Origin: Dirinaria sp. TL-2023a
Taxonomy: Eukaryota
Length of the DNA stretch: 46,516 nt
Assembly (NCBI GenBank): GCA_051941275.1
Contig: JAVEBF010000001.1
Span: forward strand, 62,001 to 108,516
Reading direction: 5' to 3'
In this document: piece by piece, positions 14,401 through 26,422 of the stretch
Position numbering within the stretch: position 1 is the first letter of the stretch
Layout: each line of letters opens with the position of its first letter
The notes under the pieces: model-generated
The model's input: only the letters and a program-made list of their open reading frames with translations
Databases searched by the model: none
Told to the model about the DNA's origin: nothing
Program-made: the position numbers and the translations under genes

Positions 14401-16439
14401 GTAAGGGAGCCCGCAATCGCGCCGTACGGCGAGAAATATCTATAAATTATCCTCTTTAGTTCCGGAAGGCGATCGCAGCCTTCTGGCCTTGGCTGAACAG
14501 GGGAGAGACATCATAAAGGAAAAACGCCCCAATTCCCAAACAAAAACTTTCAAATACTGGTAATTGTCTAAGAAGGCACCGAACAGCTTTTGTAGATCAA
14601 GTGGGATCGAAAAAGATAATAGGAAGTCATTCGAAAGTGCATCTAATGTTTTTGTGTCCGGCGTTCTTATAGATGTTGGAGGATTGTGGATCGTTTAACT
14701 TTGCTGTCTTCTTCCCATAACCTTGTCAGGACGATTTCAGCCTTAGCGAAACAGTGTGCAAAGAAAAGCCAATGACACATTCCGTACCGGAGCGCGCTTC
14801 GCGACACCCACGTACACTAATAATATCAGGGATAAGTTGACTTTCTGCACGGCATTCCTGGGAAGTGAAAAGTTTCCGCGCTGCCAGCTTGTGAAAGAAT
14901 GCCGCGCGTCAAGTGAGGAGTGAGGTCCGTTGGATTGCTCTTTTCTCGCCGCCAACGAAGTGCACGGAGTACGATCGGACTGCGACTTATTGTAGATAAG
15001 GAACAGGGATGATTTTCTTCTAGTTGGTGGAGTTTCACTCTCTTCAGGCGTGCGAAGAAGACCGATGCTTACAGGCTGAGTGACTGTGCAACGGGTTGGT
15101 ACGGTTTGGTGGCTTGACGATCCAGTCCCACCTGAGGACGTGCTGCAGCTTGCTTTCGAGCCTCATCAAGGCAACATTAGTCTCCACTTACTTTCTTGAA
15201 TCAATGACTATGGGCTCGGGGGGAAAGGCCAGGCTGTGTTCCATATAGTATAACAGGAATGACGATAGCGAGAAGACATCATCCGCCCCGAACAATCTGG
15301 AAAGCCTTATTCCGGCATTATACTTGGGGTTTTTTACTCTGGAGAAAACATAAGATAGGCAGGAAAGACAGAGCAGAGAGAAGGAAACAATTAGTTAGCA
15401 CTTACCTACCTCAGTCTCTATGTCTGATCCAATTGCTGGTTTTAGGCGCCTCAGCTATTAGAATCTGTACTTCTGCATGGTCAAAGTGGATCAGTATCTG
15501 TGATCGCCGATCAAAGCAATATGTAGTTACACAATGCTCTTATTTGCCAATATATTTATCGAAGTGCATATACTTCTGCAAAGACATGATACGACTAGAC
15601 GCTTTTTTAAGGTAGCCCTAACCGAAATACTGATACCGATGACTATCAGATTCGAAGCTCTGATTGCGTCTCATCAGGTATATTTTTGGCATTCTAGCGT
15701 CCGGACTAAAATATTCCACTGGTGAGCAGGAGTGAATAGCGAATTATACTTGCAAGAGGAAGGGACTCAAGGCAGCAGGCTCAACCAAAAAAGAGAGGAA
15801 TGGCTAGATGGCCAGCGAGCGACATCTGGACCTTATAGATAGCCTTGAATATATGATTAGGACCCACAAAGGCTGTCTTCAGAAGGGACAGCTGCAAGCT
15901 TGATAGCAGTATCGCACGCTCTCAGTAGAGGCTTAGAGTCGTTAGGTTCTCCGTCCTTGATAGCAACCGATCTGCTTCGGTTCTGACAATTGAGCGGCTC
16001 TGCACTCGTCGTTGCTAAACCAAGCTTCCAGTACTAAGCGCAGGCACCACAGTCGTACCGCACTTCATTACCTTCTTCCAAGATCTGTATATTTTCCCCC
16101 CGCGATTCTGATGTCAACGGCTGATATGTTGTTGCATCGGATGGCACTAGGTAGTTTGCACAGACAGGTCCATCTTCTCTGATGCAATTCCCTCGTACTC
16201 GATGTAGAATTTCCCACATTCAAAATCATTGCGTTTATGTACCTTAGAGTTTGACCACAGGCGACTAGCCAAGCTCGGCAATTAACCCTAACCTTATTTG
16301 CAGGTACCCTTAGGTACGGTAGAACGCGTAAGTCCGCATTGTATTTCTCAAGTCATTTCTCAAGCTCCTTATAATTCTGTCCAAGGCGCTCTTTTAGGCC
16401 ACGCGCACTCACTCAGCTGATGTTTACTCATACTCCAAC

Positions 16440-17384
16440 ATGGCGCCCCTCCGCCGGAGCTCCAGAACCACAACAAGTACCACCACCACCACCCTCACAC
16501 CGAGCCAGTCAACATCAAGCGCAGACTGGCAGCCCGAACTTCCATCCACGGACGAGCCACCTCCGCCAGCATGGTACCCGAACCTGGACCTCTTCACACT
16601 CTACCACCTGCGGCAAACCTCCCCCACAACCCAGACTCTCGTGCCCGCACAACGTCTATCCTCCCTTCCCAGCTACGCGTGCACGACTTCCACGACTGAG
16701 CCAACTGTACGACCCGACAATGACTGCACATTACCAACATACACAATCAAAAGCAATGCCAGCGCAAGGTTCATGAACCGCAAACCCGACATGCTCCTCA
16801 CACGCCACGATCTCTCCATCGAAACCGATACATCCAACCACACATCGAATGAGCCAAGCACGAAGACCGCTTCGACAACAGTAGCCGAAGTTCGTTTCGA
16901 CCGCGTCTCCTCCCGCACGTTCCTCACCTTCCCTTCCCACGGCCCTAAGTCCTCTTCCGAAATGGACGTGGAATCTTCGCTCACACAGAAACATCTTCTT
17001 CTCATTGATGGAAGTGTATGCATGTGGCAGCCGACAGATCCAGACAGTAAGCGCTGCCTCGAGCTCCGATCACGAGACGAGGGATTGATGGCATGCTGGA
17101 CATATGCGAATGAGCCTAATCGTTGGGGGCATGCAAAGGAGGATGCAGCGGGGGAGGTGGGAGTATTGCAGGTTAGTGATCGACTTTTTGGCTGTGGAGC
17201 AGACGATGGACAATTGGAGCGGGAAGGAGAAGGTGATGAGGAGGGAATACGCGGAGAGAACGAAAAGGTGTTGGAGCAGGTGCTCTGCTCAGCCGTAGTG
17301 CTGGTGGAGCGCATAAAACGGCGGTCGGCGAGTTTGGGTCTGGTTGGTAAGCAGCAGACAGGTAACGGTCTTGGGCAGATGTAG
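16440..17384 (+). CDS. Hypothetical protein, 314 aa (Thr/Pro-rich N-terminus, beta-rich globular C-terminal part)
   Basis: Long single-exon ORF with good start context (CCAACATGG), GC-richer than its flanks; no family recognised. Confidence 0.75.
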   Translation: MAPLRRSSRTTTSTTTTTLTPSQSTSSADWQPELPSTDEPPPPAWYPNLDLFTLYHLRQTSPTTQTLVPAQRLSSLPSYACTTSTTEPTVRPDNDCTLPTYTIKSNASARFMNRKPDMLLTRHDLSIETDTSNHTSNEPSTKTASTTVAEVRFDRVSSRTFLTFPSHGPKSSSEMDVESSLTQKHLLLIDGSVCMWQPTDPDSKRCLELRSRDEGLMACWTYANEPNRWGHAKEDAAGEVGVLQVSDRLFGCGADDGQLEREGEGDEEGIRGENEKVLEQVLCSAVVLVERIKRRSASLGLVGKQQTGNGLGQM

Positions 17385-19264
17385 TTCTCGGCGATTTTTA
17401 AGTGGGGAATTAGCGGTACTCAAAACGGGAGACACGCATGACGAAGTATTGGGTTTTATGAATAGGCTAACAACCTGTGTATGGGTTAGGACGGGAGTTC
17501 TTTGTATACCTTTTTTGGCATCATCGTAGATAACGAATCTTCGCTTTAGCCTTCGGAGTTATATCTTCATCTCGATCTGAAGTTTAACATGCGATGCTCC
17601 TCTGTCAATTATAACCTTGAAGTTTATCCTATCACCCAATTTGGTAAACAGCTATATCCTACCACGATTTCCACAAGGGGACAACCTATACCACCAACTC
17701 TCGCACCTACAGCCTCCCTTCCCGCTCGACCTAATTACAAACAAATTTTACACCCTCAATCGCTGAAGCTAACATGGGAATCATATCGATCTCCCACGGA
17801 AACAGCCTTTCGCGGCCGTTATCTAGCTACGATCTTGAAACCTCAGACTAAGAGCTGATTCAATTGTCACTCGATGGGACATCAATCACTCTTCTTCCTA
17901 CTCAGCAATAGTGATCAGCACCATCAAAGACCTCCAAAACCCCAAAATCCTCGAGATGAGCACAATGATCTTCGTAAAAAGCCGTCCTAGACTTAATGCT
18001 TCGAAGCCGATCCTTCAAAGCCTTCCCAAAAGCAAGGCAGAGCCTTCGAGAAGTATAGATCACAAGCGAAGGGGAATGTATGGAGATTAAACTGCATAAG
18101 AGCAGACTTTAGAAACTTCGGGATCCTACATTGGGATGAGAATCTGGAAGAAAGGTATAGGCATAGAGGGACAGGGCCAAAGACTGGGCGATGACGGAAA
18201 TAAAGGTATTGCGTTGCGTATGTGATGGGATGGGATGGGAGCGGATGGGAGCGGGCAGCTAGGAACTGGTGCTATTCTCATAGATAATGGGAGATTGGAT
18301 CCTTTCCCATTATTAAGGTGCTGTAGCTCTTGGTTTTGGAATCTGTGCTACTTTTTATGAGTATTAAAGAACATCAGGCAGCTAAGAGTGTATCAATGGA
18401 CTCAGCCGCTCAGATTCATACCTCTAGCACACTCAGAAAGAGAGAGACTAAAGGAGCAATCAGAAGCATTACTCCTGAACATGTACGAAAACACTGTGTT
18501 AGCAATTTGCCCAACGTATAAGGGAAATACTCCACAATTGACCTGCTGTGTGTACAAATTGCGCCAGAATCCCCACCACTCCACGACTATGGTTACTTCG
18601 AACTGCGATATTCTTTGACGTGGTAGTCATCCTTAAATTTATACTTTTCCGTGAAGTGGAATTCGTTAAAAGGCAGCTTGCCGTCAGTACCACAAGTAAA
18701 GCCGTACGGGTTAACTTCATCAATCCAAAAAAAAGTACAACAAAGCAGGAAAAGAGGAAGGTTGAGAGATAGATTAAGAGCCAAGCAAACAGCGGGCATC
18801 GCGGATCATGGTAAGCCGGGTAGAGCCGCGTTGATTGAATATGAGGGAATTGAATGGGTAAGGTGCCGACAAGTCAAAGCAAATGTGCAACTTCAATGAA
18901 AAAGTCCCTTGTCGGGACATGTATGTTATTCCAGTCCAAAGGCGTCAGAAAATAAGAGACCGTTTAATCGAACTGTTGAGCGAAGACGGACTTCGGACCA
19001 TGAGGGAAATAACTGAACACCGGTTCGTGCAGAGAATCCGAGGTCAAAGAGGTCGCCATTTCAATCTACATCAGCACCTACTCGTACCTTGACCGTGACG
19101 ACAACTATAAATTAGTGCACCCTCTTCTTATTAATTTTTGGGCCGAGTAGTAAGCTGCAGGTGATCACCACAGGTTTCGTTCACGACGTTTCCGCTAACC
19201 GAAGGCAGTGAAAGTTAACCACCGAGGACACCTTTTTCATAAGTGATGGTGAGAAATCAAGCCA

Positions 19265-20934
19265 TCATTTGACCCTTATTACCCAGCCATCACCCTCTAT
19301 CTCCCCTTTTGCATTGCTGCCACCCCATAGCACAATCCCACTTCCATCCAATCCTGCGCTGGCGAACCAACTCCTCGGTCCAGGATGGCTTTTTCCCCCT
19401 CCTTCGCCGCCTTCCATGCTCCTTTGGTCAGATTTCTCTTCATGCTGCGCTTGTTGTTTGGGCTTGCGTCCATCAGAAACTTCTTCCACATCTGCAACGA
19501 TTTTAACTTCAGCCCACGTGCCCTCGCCAGACGCGATACCTAAAGCGGACCGCGTAGCATCTTTGACGGCCGTCACGGTAGTTGGTTGCGCCGGGGCTTG
19601 GTAGCTCCAAATGTCGGACCAAGAGAGTGGTACTTCTCCTTTCTCTGCACCTCCCGAGGACAGATCAAAATCATTAGACGCAGGTGTGGAAAGACGTTGG
19701 CCGAAGCCGTAAATGAGGTATTCCCTTCCGTTGCCGGTGGTGACAGGGACGAGTCCAGCGCCTTTTCTAGGGCGGGGACCAGGTGCGATGGGGTTGTTCG
19801 GGAAAGGCAGCGAAGTCCACTCGCCTTTCTTCTCGGATGCTGGGGTCTCTGCGCTTGTGACCATCGATTGTAGATTAGCGCTTGAATTTGGATCCGCCTC
19901 TGCCGCAGAGGCTCTGGTATCGTAGAAGCTGGATTTCGGAATAGGCAGGTAATGTATCTCCGAACCAACAGTGGAGGAGCTAGACGACGTGATGACGTAG
20001 AGACGGTGGTGAGTCATGGCAACGGATGGCGGAGCAGAGATGCTTGTCGACGCAGGCATGGAAGGAAGATTTGTCCAAACTTGCGTAGCGATATCAAAGC
20101 TCCATGAATCAGTAAGGACATCGTGCGTGTCTGGGGAGTTGAGCCCAAAGCACACGAAAAGCGTCCCGTGAGGCCTGCTCTCTGGAATTCCTCCACCTAT
20201 CATCGCAGAAGCTTTCACAACGGTGTTCTGCATTGATTGCTTATAAGTGGAGGCTGGCGATTTAGGATTACCAGGCGGCAGTGGATGTTCAGTGCTTGCT
20301 GAGCCGTGCTGGAGTCTCGCGCAAGGATAAGATTGTGGCGAGCCCTGGCTATCAAGGAAGCTCCAGTGAAGAGTCATAGTATCGAATACCCATACTCTGC
20401 CCTGCTCTTCAATGACTTGCATGTTCTCGTCGGTACCACCAAAAACATAGATGCGTTCTCCGATAGCGACTGCTGTATGATCTGCCCTTGGACAGGGCGT
20501 GGCCCCTCCATCTTTCACATCCACATTTCCCTCGCCCTGCTGTCGACTAAACTCTTGCGCGAGTGCGGGCACGACTTTATACTCTGCTTCACCCTCGCCC
20601 TTTCCTTTGCCCTTGCCATTCAACTTGCTGGGCATTTGCACAATGTGCATATCGGCCCCGGCCATTGTTCCCACTGCATTGTAGCCGCCCCATATATATC
20701 CTTTGCCTTCTACAACGGTAAGAGTGTGATGAGATCTAGGTAAGAAGGCGGGCGAGGAGATGCTGTTGAAAGTTCCGTCTAATGGCTGAGTCTTCTGAGC
20801 GAGGCCTGTATCCTTCAGCAGAGCGAAGTGGACGTATGATATCCACAACTCATACCGTAGGCGGCCACGGCACCTGTCTCAACCGTGGTGGACACGACTT
20901 GCTCCGCAGCAATGAGCGTCGCTGGGTCAGCCAT
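19265..20934 (-). CDS. Kelch-repeat (galactose-oxidase-type beta-propeller) protein, 2 exons 20934-20856, 20805-19265, ~539 aa
   Basis: Kelch motifs PRSHHTLTVVEGKGYIWGG, PRADHTAVAIGERIYVFGG, VWVFDTMTLHW, PGPRSWFAS..IVLWGG. True ATG at 20934 (MADPATLIAAEQVVSTTVETGAVAAY); the 50-nt intron 20806-20855 (GTATGA..CAG) joins in frame to GLAQKTQPL. Confidence 0.9.
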
Positions 20935-21071
20935 GAGAAGTGTTAGAGATTCACACGACTCGGAACTTGAGGTTATCGTGTGGTTAGTTTACTGCATCGA
21001 CTGACTTTAAGTTAAACTAGCAGAAGGCAGAATGCTGTTCTCGCACATTAAGGTTCGTACACTAGGTGAGG

Positions 21072-21306
21072 TACCTTAAAATACAGGGATTCATGGAGTA
21101 AGGTAGGCAAATTACGCCATTGCGCATACTTACGCAAGGGTTGCATGCATCATTTAGCACTACCTTATGTACGGCATTTAAATTGATGATCCCACTTACT
21201 GCAGAAGTACCTTAGAATTACAAGGAAGATACTTTAAACTCTATATCACGTACGTAGGCGTCGTCACTGCCTCGTCGAACATTGAAGCGCCATCATATCT
21301 AAGGTA
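21072..21306. promoter_or_regulatory. Cluster of five TAAGGTA/TACCTTA heptamers in the divergent kelch/MFS promoter
   Basis: Exact copies at 21072, 21099, 21161, 21208 and 21300, in both orientations, within the 562-bp divergent intergenic region. Confidence 0.5.
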
Positions 21307-21496
21307 AGGATTATATCATTGACAGCTAGGTGACGTCAAGACAAGCGTTCGGTAAGCGGCATGCTTCCTCTTCCCCAGATCCACGTCTCGGCAGCGGACC
21401 TCGGCCCATGGGTTCAGTTGACGAATAATTCTCTCTCTCTCAAACTTCGCGCAAGCAATCTGCCGCTGATAATGGGTTCTAGTTACAGCGCTTAGA

Positions 21497-23601
21497 ATGA
21501 GCGAGCCAGTCCCGGCCAGCAATGTCACAACAAACGAGAAACAAGGCCTGCGGGAAGATCTGGCTGCGCTCGAGAAACACGATCCGCACAGTTCGACCGT
21601 GGAGCGACCGACCCAGGCGGAGAAAGAGGCGGCTGATGTAGGGAAGCATGACCCAGCTGAAAGTCTAACTGCGCCGGAAACTACGCTGTTGCCCACAAAC
21701 ACAACTGGCAACGAAAAGGCGAGGGATGAGGAGGCAGGAAGGGTCTATCATGGGACGAGTGGAGTTCAGGCCCAAGCAGAAGACGTAAAGTCTCCGGACC
21801 CCAATATCGTCGACTGGGATGGCCCGGATGACCCGGACAATCCTGTCAATTGGAAGAATAGCTTAAAATGGACCAATATCGCCACTGTCTCTGCTATCAC
21901 CTTCATCACGTAAGCTCAGCTTGCTAGTCCACCGTCGAATACTTCCGATCCCTCTCAAACTGATTACCACCATCTCGTGTCACCACTCGCAGTGATCGGG
22001 TGGTTTTTGTAACGAAGCATGACCCGTGCTGATCGACTCCAGGCCCCTGGCGTCATCCATGTTTGCTCCTGGCATCCCAGAAGTAATGGCCGGATTCCGC
22101 TCTACCAATAGCCAGCTCGCCTCCTTTGTCGTTTCAGTCTATGTTCTTGGCTACGCCTTTGGTCCCCTGATTATCGCCCCGCTTTCGGAGCTCTATGGCC
22201 GCCTCCCCACTTATCACATTTGCAACGCCTTATTCGTTATTTTCACTGTCGCGTGTGCCGTCGCCAGTAACCTTAACATGCTTATTGGCTTTCGATTTCT
22301 GGCGGGCACGTTTGGTTCCTGTCCGCTCACACTCGGCGGTGGGACCGTTGGGGATATGATTGTCCAAGAAAAAAGAGGCGGCATGATGGCTGTGATTGCT
22401 ATGGGACCGCTAACGGGGCCTGTGGTCGGTCAACCCAGTCACTAAAGTATTGGTCTATCGTTAAATGAAGACTGCTAATAGTTAAGCGGATGGAATGCAG
22501 ATTGGGCCAGTGATTGGCGGGTATCTGAGCCAGGCTAGAGGCTGGAGATGGGTGTTTTGGCTGATCACTATCGTCGTGAGTTCTCCTACCAAAGATTCAA
22601 TGCTCGTGTGAGCTGACCCAATAAGGCTGGTACAATCACCCTTGTTGGTTTTGCCTGTCTACGAGAGTCGTATCCGCCAGTCCTTCTGGAACGTAAAGCC
22701 AAGAAGCTTCGCAAAGAGACCGGCAACCCCGAATTGAGATCGAAGTTGGCATCACCATACACACCCGGGCAACTCTTCAGGCTCTCCATAATTCGTCCTG
22801 CTAAGATGCTCTGTCTCTCTCCGATTGTCCTGGCGTTGTCCACTTTTATGGCAGTTGTTTATGGCTATCTCTACCTTCTCTTCACAACGATTACTGAGGT
22901 TTTCGAAGGAGCCTACGGCTTTTCTGCCGGCGCTGTCGGCTTGACTTATCTCGGTCTTGGGATTGGCTCTTTCTTAGGTCTCTTCATCTTCGGGGCAGTC
23001 AGTGACCGAATCGTCAAAGCTAAGTCAGCTGCTGGCGAGATGAAGCCTGAGTACCGCTTACCGCCTATGATCCCAGGCGCTTGGTCAATACCAATTGGAC
23101 GTATGTATCATGAGCTTGTTCGAGTGGACACCTCTAACATGTTCAGTATTCATTTATGGATGGACAACTGATAAGCATGTGCATTGGATTGTGCCCATCA
23201 TCGGAACCGGATTAGGTATTCCTACTTTATTTGTAGCTCCAATCCGCTCACTGACAATTTGATAGTGGGCGTCGGGTTGCTGGCTGCATTTGTCAGTGCT
23301 TGACTCCAGACATGAAATAGGTCTCCAGAATGCTGACAGTTGATAGATGCCTATCTCAACGTACCTCGTCGACGCATTCACCCTTCACGCGGCTTCGGCA
23401 CTCGCGGCAAATACGGTCCTCCGCTCTCTGATGGGGGCCTTTCTGCCATTGGCGGGGCCGAAGATGTACGCCACCCTTGGTCTTGGATGGGGGAACTCGT
23501 TGCTTGCATTTATAGCCTTAAGTCTGTGTCCGATACCTTGGATATTTTACAAATATGGTGAGAGGATACGGAAGAATCCAAGGTTTCAAGTTACATTTTA
23601 G
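21497..23601 (+). CDS. MFS drug:H+ antiporter, DHA1 family (Tpo1/Flr1/Caf5-like), 7 exons, ~564 aa
   Basis: DHA1 signature [16 protein letters not shown], motif A-like [75 protein letters not shown]. Introns 21910-22042, 22425-22500, 22576-22625, 23101-23146, 23216-23265 and 23292-23346 are all GT..AG and give a 1695-nt open CDS. Confidence 0.95.
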
Positions 23602-23971
23602 GTAGGGGGCTGCAATCACATGAGGTCTCCATTTCAGATGCACTATTGCAGAAAGGGGACAAGATAAGACTACAGGATAGATGAGTGGTCAATGGTGAGT
23701 TCTATCTACATAAAATTAATGTGCCGGTTAGCCCATATTCCCTTTCTTCTATTCATTGACGTTGTTTCCTCTGAACCTTTCCACCTACTCCATATATGAG
23801 TCGCATATTTTTTGGTCGTATTCTTATCGTAGCAATGTAAGCTGGCCCACCTGGTCTACTCTCACACCCAATAGTTTCGAAAAATTGACCCCTCAGGACG
23901 GCGCATCACAAATTCTTGTGTATGTAGAACCAACCGCATCATCTATTTACAAAGCTGTAGAAGCTGTTCCT

Positions 23972-23988
23972 TATATATATATATATAT
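23972..23988. repeat. (TA)8 microsatellite
   Basis: Visible directly downstream of the MFS gene. Confidence 0.85.
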
Positions 23989-26422
23989 TATCTTTCTAGA
24001 TCTTGCAATCCAGTGCAATAGCGCACTCTAGCCGTAGACTTTTGCAATGTATGTGCGGAACATCGTTTCGCACAGAACGTGCCTTGTGTCTTTACCTAAG
24101 AAGCAAAGATATCCACTTATTGTACAAGAAATCTTCAAGACGGGGATACTATCAGATCTCACCAACTGGCTGGGAGTTGTTAAAGAAGGGCTGCTCTTCA
24201 ATGTCGTAGAGGAGCGTTGTGGCTAGGATCGCATTTGCGTTATGAATGTAAGATCCCTGCCAATTACCTAAGTCCTACAGCAGTCATATAACCTTCTTCA
24301 CTCGTACTAAAACGCTCTCGTAGCCCTTCTGAGACCTCCGTCTCGAGGCATCGGGAGCGGATTCAAAGCTATTCGCTTAGCTGTTGGGGTGGGTGCGTGC
24401 ACGCTTTTTACTCAGGGAAGCTAGAAGCAAAAGGTTTTATGATCTATTTGCGTCGGATCGCTATCCTGGAAAGATTCTCCGAACATATCTAGTAGAGACG
24501 CATCTGGATTCCGGCTTTTTATCGACGGTGGCTGTACAAGAGAGAGCAACAGTGAGCCTATCCGTAAAGCTATGCTATGTAAATTTGAGTGAAAAGTAAA
24601 ATAAGCGCAGAATTGCACAATAGGATAATAAGTTTATTGAAATGTATGGTTGGCTTCGATATATAAAGAAACTGAACGAAGAGCATTCTACCCTGCTGAC
24701 TCTACTCGGTCACCAATCGCTTCTAATCCACTTAGTTAGTAATAATTTAAGTAATGAGCTTCCAGAACATATTGATTGACAGCACCAACTTTGAACCAAG
24801 CAGCTTTTCAATGGTCATCAAGAGTTGGACGTCAGCTTCCCAAGTACCTAGTCTGAGTCTTGTGAGGTCCACCTTGAAAAGGCCTCAACGATTGGTCCTT
24901 AAGGCTTTGTATATACTCACGGCTGAAGAAGAAGACTGGACTCGAAATTAGAACGACAATGGTCTAGCGCTTAGATTTACTAGCCCATTGAATCAATATC
25001 TGTCGCAAGTTTTGCTCACAAGTTCTCAATAGGCCATCTTTGATGGTCCTCGCTTTAGGAGCTTTTTGCTTAAGGCTTTAGGGTAGGACAAGACTCTTAA
25101 ATACACGTCGGTAAGTCGGATAGCCATGAAGAACATCTTTTGCGGTGCGGGAAAAATCGAGCGTGGTGAAGACGTAGAAGAGAAGTCGGGCATCTCAATA
25201 GTATGCTTCGAAGCTCTCTCTGATAGGTGGGTATGGTGCAACATAGATTACGGATTGAGAATTTGCAGGCTCATGCCAAGCCTAGAGTTTAGGGGGTCAT
25301 ACCTGAACTTGATCATTGCTATCGGCTTATTGAAAATCGGACCTGTCCCATGGCGCTGATCGTACAGTTTAGTCTGCAGATGCATTCGGCAACGCGGTCT
25401 TCCTTTTAGCACTCGCGGCGTATTTAGCTAGCGGTTGTATGAATATTAATAATGAAGTGGTGGTCGCATAAACTACGGTAAAGCGCTATGGTGGGACACA
25501 GCTGTGCAAGTAACCAAGCGACAATTCTTATTATCGGGCCGCCCTCAACATTGATTTTCAATTTTCAGATCACGGTAATAGAACAAGTTGGAAACAAGCG
25601 TCCAAGGAGAAGCACAAGGGATTCGATACAAAGAGGCGCTCAAGCGGTATGTCTTGAAGGAATACAGTATACTGAATGCGAAATGTGCGTGACAAAACTC
25701 AGAACCATATGATCATAAGACAACGAATGTACATGAGCATAGCCACGTATTGCATGCAATACTAGGTTGTCATGCGTAGTTGCAGTGCCTGCTTATCATT
25801 CGGTCCGATCACGCATCAGTCAAGGCCTCGCTTGCTCTTCGCTAAGCACTGAAGGAAGTATGTGACGGCAGTGAGGTAGATACAGATGTAGAAGTGATAA
25901 CAATGATGACCAGGATATCCTCATGATATGATCGAGGGGGACGGTGTGTATGTGGCGGTCAGGTGGCTAATCAAGTGGCTGGTGCCCGGACATAAGAAAT
26001 AGGACCGCGAAGTACGGAGTACGGAGTTAGGGCTGTCGCGATCGTAAGTTTCGCGCACCAGGTATGCTAGCTCTAATAGTCACAAAAATTCCATTTCAGT
26101 CTTCCAAGATCGCCAGTGCAGAACCCAATTCGTCTAGATATCAATTAAGGGTGAAGGTAAAAAGACCACCTCAGTACAACTGCTCTAGCTAATCGCGCGG
26201 CTTTTAGGCAGAATACCAACTTTCAACTCCTTTGATATTCAAATCAGCGAACTCCTGTAGTCGGGTCGGCGAAGAGTGACCCACCCTGAATCCTTAATAT
26301 TCTACGTGGTTTACTCCCATACCTATGTCAATAGTATCGAACGGGCAATCGTAATAGGAATCCGCAGATGATATGACCCTATACGCAAAAAAAACGAGTC
26401 GGTGGAAGAGCCAGCATCTAAA

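Noticed and set aside
16673..17314. 213-aa antisense ORF (and similar antisense ORFs over the kelch, glycosylase, sdhB and 830-aa genes)
   Set aside because: These are shadows of real coding strands, with low-complexity translations and no independent motifs.
18223..18256. Short GATGG/GGGAGC tandem repeat (G-quadruplex-like)
   Set aside because: Very short simple repeat in intergenic DNA with no evidence of function.
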